Of a stretch of 64,000 nucleotides of DNA, positions 53,392-64,000 are shown in pieces. The notes under the pieces were generated by a model that saw only the letters and a program-made list of their open reading frames with translations, had not been told where the DNA came from and ran no database searches. The stretch is taken from NCBI RefSeq assembly GCF_006345805.1, contig NC_043005.1, positions 106,082,001 through 106,146,000 on the forward strand, in the 5' to 3' direction. Each line of letters begins with the position of its first letter. Within the stretch, counting starts at the first letter, position 1. The position numbers and the translations under genes were made by a program. The stretch is from Octopus sinensis (lineage: Eukaryota).

Positions 53392-53624
53392 TATTTCTTT
53401 ATTACCCACAAGGGGCTAAACACAGAGGGGACAAACAAGGACAGACATAGGTATTAAGTCGATTACATCGACCCCAGTGCGTAACTGGTACTTAATTTAT
53501 CTACCCCGAAAGGATGAAGGGCAAAGTCGACCTCGGCGGAATTTGAACTCACAACATAATGCAGATAAAATACCGCTAAGCATTTCACCCGGTGTGCTAA
53601 CGTTTCTGCCAGCTCACCGCCTTT
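53392..53624 (-). mobile_element. SINE family A, full length, 13-bp TSD
   Basis: TSD tatataaaatatc at 53379-53391 and 53625-53637. Confidence 0.9.
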
Positions 53625-53653
53625 TATATAAAATATCGTGTACATTTCCAGCA

Positions 53654-54276
53654 ACAAGGCTTTCCTATGATGGAAACCTCTTAATGTGTTTTAAAGTACA
53701 CAATATTTTTATATGAATAATATATAGTCTATTGACTAATTTTTTGCACTAGGCCACTGGTAATAAAAATTTCTATAATTCTTATTACCCTAATATTACT
53801 TATTATGTTTAAATGATTTTTGATAAATTTATTTGAGGTTTTACCGGCATCCTCTCTGTTGCTGGAAATAAGCTGCGTTTGCACGGTGGATTTGAAAAGT
53901 TAGAATATACAGATAATGATTTTACATGTGGAATCAATCTCGTTGTGTGTATATTTAAAATCTAAAGGCTACCTACTGATGAAGACTGGCCTCAGTAAAT
54001 TTTTTTACTGTAATAAATCAGAAACCATGGTCTAGGAACTAAATTAGATGGTAAATGATTTAAATTTTCTTTCCCTTCATGAATTTATCCCTAATTAGTG
54101 GTTTGAGTTGTTTACTGCTCTTTCTAGCACAAGGCTTTCCTATGATGGAAGCCTCTTAATGTGTTTTAACGTACATAATATTTTTTATATGAATAATATA
54201 TAGTCTATTGACTAATTTTTTGTGCTAGGCCACTGGTAATAAAAATTTCTATAATTCTTATTACCCTAATATTACT
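53654..54276 (+). mobile_element. ~1.3-unit tandem repeat (~475-bp period) carrying a hammerhead motif; retrozyme- or Penelope-pLTR-like
   Basis: Direct repeats 53654-53800 and 54129-54276 have only a handful of differences. The hammerhead motif lies between them, and the array ends in (TA)n. Confidence 0.65.
53972..54036 (+). ncRNA. Candidate type I hammerhead ribozyme
   Basis: ccta-CTGATGA-[38-nt stem II region with hairpin cagtaaa/tttactg]-GAAAC-catg-GTC-tagg. Stem I ccta/tagg is paired and stem III is palindromic ACCATGGT. The base of stem II is imperfect. Confidence 0.6.
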
Positions 54277-54492
54277 ATATATATATACATATATTATAGA
54301 TAGATAGATTGACAGGTAGATATAAACATGTATCTATATACATACATGTATACATGCATAGGAACATATATATATATACATACATGTATACATGCATAGG
54401 AACATATATATATACATACATACATAACATACATATAAACATCCATATACACATATATATATATATACATATACATATGTGTGTGTGTGTGT

Positions 54493-54740
54493 GGCACATA
54501 AAAAGCACCAACTGATCGTGGGCATTGCCAGCCTTGCCTGGCGCTGTGCCGGTGGTACATAAAAAGCACCCGCTACACTCACGGAGTGGTTGGCATTAGG
54601 AAGGGCATCCAGCTGTAGAAACACTGCCAGATTAGACTGGGGCCTGGTGCAGCCTCCTGGCTTCCAAGACCCCAGTCGAACCATCCAACCCATGCTAACC
54701 TGGAAAGCGGACGTTAAACGATGATAATGATGATGATGAT
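54493..54740 (+). mobile_element. Family B element, 3' part
   Basis: Core plus GTTAAACGATGATAATGATG tail. Confidence 0.85.
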
Positions 54741-54741
54741 A

Positions 54742-54778
<37 letters not shown>

Positions 54779-54937
54779 GCACACTCACACATACAAAACA
54801 GGCACAATTATAAAAATACATTTGATGTTTCAATAATAAAACATCATTTTATCATACATATGTTTAATCCTAATTATGTTATTCATTTAACTTCCCTAAT
54901 TCCTACATATATGTACATACATACATACATACATACA

Positions 54938-54969
<32 letters not shown>

Positions 54970-55453
54970 CACACACACACATATATATATATATACACAT
55001 ATATATATGTATGTATATATATCAGTTGTGTTTGTATGCATGTATATTTACTTGTACATGAATGTAAGTTTATATATCTTATATATGTGTCCATATTTGT
55101 GTATCAAGACACAGGATAGGGTATGGTTTGAATGCATTTGTATGTTTTTATATATCATAAAACAAAACTGAAAACTATGCACAGACACAAACACACATAC
55201 ATATATATACATATGTATGTATATTCATATATACATATGTAATGTATGTGCATACATACATACATACATACATATATATATATGTATACATATATATACA
55301 TATGTATATGTGCATACATATATAAACATATATATATATATATATTCATATATATATATGTATATATATGTATAAATTGTATATACATACATATAGATAT
55401 ATAGATATATGTATGTATGTATGCATATATATATATTTATATATATATGTATG

Positions 55454-55498
<45 letters not shown>

Positions 55499-55919
55499 GT
55501 GTGTGTGCGTGTGCATATATATATATACACACCCACATACACGTAACTTTTAAAAAGCCAAATAAAGTCACGAAAGAGCAGATGTAGATGTGTGTTTATA
55601 AATTGAACATTTTCTCTCACACCTAACTCCAGAATATAAGCATTAATAATTGATATCCTACACCTCTACTTCAATGAAACGTCTAAAAGTACATTTTTTT
55701 TTCATGTCGACCCCTGACAAGGAAGAAGTCAGTAGATCTTCATGTTAATTCTCTAATACAACACCTTAGCCTCACACCTATTGTGCCTCGGCTGTATTTT
55801 AAAAATGTTTGAAAATGTCCTGTAACCTTTGTGTAGTGAAAACTGCCAAGTGAAATGTGGTCTGGCAATGCCAGACTGGTCTCCAGAGTGTTTCAATGGT
55901 AATTCTAATAGATATGCTG

Positions 55920-55936
55920 CTGCTGCTGCTACTGAC

Positions 55937-55982
<46 letters not shown>

Positions 55983-56136
55983 GTGATGGTAATGGTGGTG
56001 GTGGTGGTGGTGAGGACGACGATGATGATGATGGTTGTGATGATGATGATGATTATGATGAAGATGGTGATGATGATGATGATGATGATTATGATGAAGA
56101 TGGTGATGATGATGATGGTGGTGATGGCGGTGATGG

Positions 56137-56172
<36 letters not shown>

Positions 56173-56510
56173 CGATGACGATGGTGATGATGATGGTCAT
56201 GGTGATAAAACAGATGATTGTGATGATGGTCACTGTGATGTTGGCAATGACGAGGATGTAGGTGATGAGGATAATGACGGTGATGAAAATGAATGATAAA
56301 GAAAATGATTTTGACGATATTAATTGTGATGGTACTAATGGCGATAGCAAGAATAATAACAATATCGGTGCTGATGATGGAGGTGACTGGAATGAGGATC
56401 ATTATGATGATTATCATAACGGTGATGATAATATTGATAATGTTTATAGTGATAAGAGCGATGGTAATACTGACAATGATAATGATGATGATGATGATGA
56501 TGGCAAGATG
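55920..56510. repeat. (GAT/GGT)n low-complexity tract
   Basis: Directly visible; produces poly-D, poly-M and poly-H pseudo-ORFs. Confidence 0.95.
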
Positions 56511-56748
56511 GTGGGATGGGTTGGTGTGGCAGATAAAATGACATTCGAAGTATTTGTGCCTTGAACTGTGTCCCACGGGAACTTCTGCCTTGCCAAGGTT
56601 TTATCCTTTATCAGTAACCTGCAAGATTTCAGACTCAACATTAACTACATTAACATCACTGAATTAATCCCCACCCCCAAGCAGTAGCACCACCACCACC
56701 ACCATGATGACAATATAACACGACCACCACCACCACCTGCACCAGTTT

Positions 56749-56783
56749 GCTTTTTCATGCATTCTTAGAATGCATGAAAAAGC
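56749..56783. repeat. 35-bp perfect palindrome (17-bp arms, 1-nt spacer)
   Basis: gctttttcatgcattct-t-agaatgcatgaaaaagc. Confidence 0.95.
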
Positions 56784-57784
56784 TATGGGCATATTCCCTC
56801 CTCTTTTGACAAACTAAAAATAAAAAATGTAAAAAAATGTTTAAGTTTCATAACAAAATTAAGAAAGATTAGGAAGGGTTTGAGTTTGACTATACTCGAT
56901 GTGATGATGATGATGGTGATGCTGAGGTGGTGGGGTGCAGGTTATGATATGATACAAGTATAAACATAATTAAAGATCCTTTTCTACTACAATTACTTTG
57001 GCTTCTGCTACTCAACATTTGCCAATATATTGCCACCTCATCCTAACCACCCCTCTATCATTCAATATATTTGTTTCTCTTCCTCACTCGCCTTCCCTTT
57101 CTGTCTTCCCTTTTTCTTTGTCCCTATTGTGTCTAACCCCCCTGACCAGGACCTCAATTATACACTTATTTCAATCTTTCTTTCCTCACTCTTCCACAGA
57201 ACTCCCCTCACTCCTTCACTGTGTTTCTTAGAGCTAATAACTAACAACTAATTTAAATTGAATCTAAACAACACTCAATTAATCCAAACTCCACCTGTTT
57301 AAAAAGGGGCCACTGTTCTTTCTCATTGAGCAAACTAATAAAAATATGTACTCCAATTGATCCTTAGTTAGACTCAAACGTCACACTGAACCTTTTCATC
57401 TAGTTCTTCCCCCCACAATCAAAATTTATTCTCAGACATCAACCTTCCTTTTTTCACACATTTCTAAACTGAAATATCTAAACTTTACACTAAGCAACAT
57501 ACTTAAACTTTTAATTAAAATCAGTGGCTTAATTAGCAAACTAAATTGACTCACTCAGTATTTTAATTAACCTTAATATTTAGATATCACAACTAATTTT
57601 CACTTTCAAATTCACTTTCACTTTCAAATTCCACAGTAGCCTCATAATCAAATGTCATGATAACAATTTGCATTACTACACCAAAGGTTCATACTGGGAG
57701 TTATATTTAAGTTTTATATTTAAACCTCATGTTCAAATATCATTTAAATCTCACAAGGATTCGTTAGCTACTCATATGTCAGAA

Positions 57785-58130
57785 AAACAGATTTAACACT
57801 TAAATTTCATAAACACCAATTTGACACTCAAATCTTGAAAATATACAAATTCAACACTTAACTCTCCAAAATATAAATATGACATCCAAATCTCAAAAAT
57901 GCAAACACAAATTTCACAAGCACACATTTGACACTTGAATTTCATAAAATCAAGTTTGACACTCAGATTTCTCAGAAGCAAATTTGACATTCAAATGTTA
58001 AAAAAATATAAATTTGGCACTCAAATTTCATAGATACAAATTTGACACTAAAATCATACAGATACAATTCAACCTTCATTTTCAGAAAAATGAATTCAAC
58101 ACTGAAATCACACAAAATTTAGCACTAAAT
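57785..58130. repeat. Degenerate ~27-30-bp minisatellite
   Basis: Recurring AAATTTGACACTCAAATTTCA...AC units. Confidence 0.75.
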
Positions 58131-58804
58131 CTCACAAACGCACATACTTAATGTTCCAACTTCATACTATTATTAACCTAATGTTTTAAAAATTTTGCAC
58201 AAAATTTTTACACAAATACTTCATAATTAAAACATCACAATCTGATTTCATACTCAAACTTCACCTTCAAATTCAGTAATCAACCCCAACTTTTCACTAA
58301 TAGACTAACCTTTCCACTATCGTTTCAAAATCTCAAAATCAAGTTTTAATATTATCTAAAAATGTTGCTTTCATAATTTAATCACTATTTTTTCACTTCA
58401 TTTAATTTTTTTCATTATAAATTTAATTTAATCTATGATTTCTTTTTTCTTTACTTGGGAGTTTTTTTATTAGTATTTTTAATCAAATTTAATATAATTT
58501 AATTTAATATCCTTTATTTTGTTCTTAAATATATTGTTTAATTATATCAATTTTTTTCTTCTTTTCTCTCCTTGATTTTATTTTACGACTCAATCAATTC
58601 ATTAGGATAGTCTTGCAAATTGTATGCTTTGCCGGGTGAAGCTTGAAATTAGTCTTTTTATTACCATTATTATTGTTATCGCTATTATTATTATTATTAT
58701 TGTTCTTGTTATTCCATTTATAATAGTTGATGCTATTATTATTATTATTATTATTATTTTATTATTATTATTATTACTATTATTATTATCATCATCATTA
58801 TTGC

Positions 58805-58874
<70 letters not shown>

Positions 58875-59606
58875 TTCTTAGTGCAGACAGTACTTTATTT
58901 TGTATGTGTGCTTACGTATATGTACATATACTTGTATGTACATGTGTATGTATATATATGAGTGTATATTTATGACTGCAGTTCTCTTCTCCCTCCATTA
59001 TTTTCAAAATATTTCTATTTTTTAAAAATTTTTATTGTTTATTTGATTATTGTTAAATACTTTCTGGTGGGAGTTTGGGGGTAATTTATTTTTATTTTTG
59101 TATTGTTATTTTATATTCTTTATTTTATTAAAAATTATTTTTTCATTGTTATCTATTTTTTTAATCCTTTTTTTTTTGTTTATTTTGCCTGTTTATCTAG
59201 ACTTTGGCCATTTTGAGTGCTGATGTTTAAGTAAGTGATAACAAGCGTCAAAGATTTCTAGATAAAAGAAAAATTCACTTTACTCTTCCAAAAAAATTAC
59301 ATCTCTTTTACCATCGACAAGCTAATTAAATTTATTTTCACTCTCTCACTCCGCCTATCTCCCTCCCCTCTGTCTTCCTCTTCTCTCTCTCCCATCCTCT
59401 CTCTGCCTATCTGACTGTCTCTCTTTCTCTCTCACTCTCCCACTCTCTCTCTCACTCACTCTCTATACTTATCATTTCATCTTTCTTTTCCTCTTCTCTC
59501 TTTTGCTTTGTTGTTATTGCTGTTATTATCATTATTGTTACAGTGTATATGTCTGTTTATGTTATTATTGCTATTAACACAATTATTATTATTATTATTA
59601 TTATTA

Positions 59607-59640
<34 letters not shown>

Positions 59641-60363
59641 GTTATCATTGTTGTTGTTGTTGCTAAAATAAAATAAAAAAATTAAAAGATTATTATTATT
59701 TTTTTATTATAGTTGTTGACTAATAATATTAATGATTATTATTATTATTCTTGTTATTATTATTGTTATTTAAAAATATTTTTGTTTGTTTTTGCTTTGT
59801 TATTATTTCAATTTGGCTATTTAAATCGTCAGTCTTTTGATGTATTTTGGGGGTTTTGGGTTTAATTTAGTTGTTGTTGTTGTTATTGCTGTTGTTGTTG
59901 TTGTTTCTTCTGTTATGTCGGTGATGGTGGTGGGGAGGACACAGTTTCATTGAAAATAGATAGTTAGCTTTGAATGATTTAGGATACAAACAATAGGCAA
60001 CGAGGACAGAACAAACCACAATACCACAACCCTTGCCATCACCACCACCACCACCACCACCACCACCACCGCTGCCGCCATCACTACAACCACCATCATC
60101 ACCACTACAACTACAACTTCAACCACTTGAACCAAAACCAATATTAGTGACTACTACTACTACTACTACTGCCACCATCACAACCACCATTCACTATTGA
60201 AACTACTGCAGCACCACCAGCACAACCACAGGCACAAGTACTGTCACCACTACCATCGCCACCACCACCACAACCATCACCACCACTACTACTACTACTA
60301 GTAGTAGTGGTAGTAGTAGTAGTAGTAGTGGTGGTGGTGGTGGTGGTGGTGGTGGTGGTGGTG

Positions 60364-60408
<45 letters not shown>

Positions 60409-61203
60409 AAATAGTTCCAACAAGCTAAAGGACACTGACCTCTATGTGTTGCTTGAGTTTCTAGACGAAAGCAGCCGAGTTCCCTCCTGCAGTTACACCT
60501 TAGCATTTCAGAATGAAAGAGACACATTGAATAATCTTGACATCGATATACTATGCCTGGATGATAAAATGGAATGGTCATGGCTGGAATATTGTTGATC
60601 GAAGGTCAGCACAATCAAGACCACCTGAAGCTAAAAAAAAAGACAGCAACATCAATATGTGACATATGAACTATTGGATTACAACAACTAAACAATGTCA
60701 AACCAATAAGGAAGCTTGCCTATGGTTTCTTGACTTGCTAAAGATAGCAGCCAAATCTCTCTCAATTGATTTCTTGCTGTCTTCAAGAAGGAGAATATGG
60801 TTAAAAAAATTAGACTTATCTTCAGTTCAGTTTTTGAGCTAATTCTCACATATGACCTCTAAGGAATCTCTGGAATAATGTTACTTTATAGGATTTATAT
60901 GTTGGAGATCAATGAGCCTTTCTAGGTTGAACAGCTGTTTTACCGTTACTAAGGACATGTGGTAAGAATGCCACAAGAAAGGATCACATGACAAATTCAT
61001 TAAGCCGAGTCAATTACAAAACTTAGATTCAGACCACAAGTGTGATGGTTGGATCATATCCATTGTCCAAGTTGCTCATACTTAGGAATCTAACAAGAAA
61101 GTATAAAGACAGTTGTTTCAGATAGGACATTATGAAGGAGATGTCTCAGGACTCTAAGCCCATGACCCTTGACTCAGGACTCTAAGCCCATGACCCAATG
61201 GGG

Positions 61204-61620
61204 TTACTCTTTTACTCTTTTACTTGTTTCAGTCATTTGACTGTGGCCATGCTGGAGCACTGCCTTTAGTCGAGCAAATCGACCCCAAGACTTATTCTTT
61301 GTAAGCCTAGTACTTATTCTATCGGTCTCTTTTGCCGAACCACTAAGTCACAGGGATGTAAACACACCAGCATCGGTTGTCAAGCGATGTTGGGGGACAA
61401 ACACAGACACACAAACACACACACACACACATATATATATATACATACACATATATACGACAGACTTCTTTCAGTTTCCATCTACCAAATCCACTCACAA
61501 GGCTTTGGTCGGCCCGAGGCTATAGTAGAAGACACTTGCCCAAGTTACCACACAGTGGGACTGAACCCGGAACTATTTGGTTGGTAAGCAAGCTACTTAC
61601 CACACAGCCACTCCTGCGCC
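61204..61620 (-). mobile_element. SINE family D, full length
   Basis: GGCGCAGGAGTGGCTGTGTGG head through to a (GAGTAAAA)n tail. Confidence 0.92.
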
Positions 61621-61944
61621 TATGGAGTTGGTGAAAATGAATGGATGGATACAGGATAATGTAGCTCTATCTAAAAGTTTAAAAGATGTGAGAGTCAAAG
61701 ATGACATGTTATTTGGTCATAAATATGGTTAATTCAGAATGTATTTGGCAACATTAAATATGTAACTGAAAAACATATTTAAAATGACAACAACAATAAC
61801 AATATGAAAACAAGATTAAAAACAACAAAGTTAGTTAGATGGAAACTACATTAATATCAAAAATTATTGTTTCTAACATAGTTACAAGGCTTAAGAATAT
61901 GGAGGTGAGATTACATGCTGGTACTATGTGTAAAGCAACCATTC

Positions 61945-62200
61945 TGGCAACATGTAAAAAACACCAGTGTTGGTGCCACATAAAAACACCCACGCTGTTT
62001 CATGTAAAAAGTACCTGTGCTGCTGCCATATAAGAAGCACCCAGTATGCTTTGTTAAGGGGTTGGCATTAGGAAGGTCATCCAGCTGTAGAAACTATGCC
62101 AAAACAGATTACTGGGGCTTGGTGCAGCTCTCAGACTTGCTAGCTTGTATCAAACTTTCCAACCCATGACAGCATGAAAAATGGATGTTAAACGATGAGG
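61945..62200 (+). mobile_element. Family B element, diverged
   Basis: GGTTGGCATTAGGAAGGTCATCCAGCTGTAGAAAC core and GTTAAACGATGAGGATG tail. Confidence 0.8.
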
Positions 62201-62700
62201 ATGAATTGGATCCATTCAATGGATTCATGTAATCAACAGGTACTTTATTTCAAAAATCCTGGAGCAATGAAGATTTTTACATTTCAAGTTCAAATCCTTG
62301 GTGGGATTTGAACTCAGAATGTAAAGAGACAATACAAAAGTCCAAAAGCTTTACTCTTTTCAGTTTTCTTCTTTATTTTCTATTTAAACTTATGCTCAAA
62401 CAATTGTTTCAGTCAGCAACAATAATTAAAAAATAGTAAGATAAGCTGCTTAACCACAGCAATACCTTCACTTATGATACTGACTTTTCGTTGTAGAGGT
62501 CTATGGATCAATCATTAGATAGGACAGGTAAAGAGAAGAAAAGTTGAACTGGTAGACAATGCCTTAACATCTCTCTGAATTTGACATTGGTAGTAATAAA
62601 TGGGGAAAAAAGTACACAATAAAATAATCAGAGACTAAATAATTTACTGTCCAGCTGAAACTATTTGCTCAAAAGTCATTCCAGAGTACACATTCCAGAG

Positions 62701-62904
62701 ATGCAGCACGAAGTTTTGTCAGTGAACAGATCTCGGTCTCAAAGCAAAGAAAATATTTTGACAAATTAAATTTAAATGTTGAAGTGAATCTAACGGTTTT
62801 TGTGTGTTTCTTAAATGGTTTATAAACACCTTCTATGCTGCAATTGTTTTCGTTCCAGCACACGATCTCAGATCAGGTCACTTGCTATGCAAGTACATCT
62901 CCGT
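62701..62904. mobile_element. Unclassified ~205-bp repeat, 10-bp TSD
   Basis: TSD cattccagag at 62691-62700 and 62905-62914. Same family as 34627-35043. Confidence 0.85.
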
Positions 62905-63299
62905 CATTCCAGAGCAGCTGACTGACAAAGCCTTTAGCAAATATTGAAAATTTAGTCTCAGAATTTGTACACGCACATACACACACACGCGCATGCTTGT
63001 GCACACACATATGCATGCACACACACCTTAATTATCAGTGTCACAATGTATTTCATTTATTAAGCAAACAATTGCTATCTTCAGGAGTACATGTATCAAA
63101 AAAGCATCTCTACGACAATGGATGACGTATTCAGTAAAACATTTCATAATATTGAATATCAAGTTGACTATCTTGAAAGAATTCATTAAGTTTTAGAAAT
63201 AGCTGCTAATGCTTGGTGCAATCCTTGAAAGTATTCCATGGAAGCCCTGGACACAAATCAAGGGAATTGACATTTTTGCTAAGCAGTAATTATCCAAAG

Positions 63300-64000
<701 letters not shown>

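Noticed and set aside
55829-56296. 155-aa Asp-rich ORF (and overlapping poly-M and poly-H ORFs)
   Set aside because: It is a (GAT)n expansion open in several frames on both strands, with no domain and no convincing splice context.
61145-61196. 24-bp direct repeat with 28-bp period
   Set aside because: An ordinary local tandem duplication with nothing functional evident.

Overview
This is AT-rich, microsatellite-saturated animal DNA with no host protein-coding gene, rRNA, true tRNA gene or CRISPR array that I can support. The SINE families look like those of Octopus; this is inference from recalled repeat families, not a search. Almost every ORF in the supplied track is an artefact of (TA)n, (CA)n, (TAA)n, (CAT)n or (GATA)n tracts. 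The non-microsatellite sequence is a fossil bed of mobile elements. It includes at least four SINE/SINE-like families, two Penelope (GIY-YIG) remnants, a Tx1/L1-clade LINE 3' end inside a (GATA)n tract and an R4/Dong-like LINE 3' end inside a (TAA)n tract. It also holds RTE fragments, a decayed Rep/helicase Helitron, a complete small non-autonomous Helitron, a Tc1 transposase remnant, and hAT, piggyBac-type and fold-back MITEs. The most interesting signal is a set of short hammerhead-ribozyme-like elements. The best is a type I hammerhead motif (CUGAUGA...GAAAC-CAUG-GUC, paired stem I) inside a ~1.3-unit tandem repeat with a ~475-bp period (53654-54276), which resembles a retrozyme/circRNA or Penelope pLTR product. 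Three more hammerhead-like cassettes sit in (TA)n tracts. A second notable signal is a 28/33-nt match between the 3' tail of a SINE family and the 3' end of the Tx1-like LINE, suggesting a SINE-LINE partnership.
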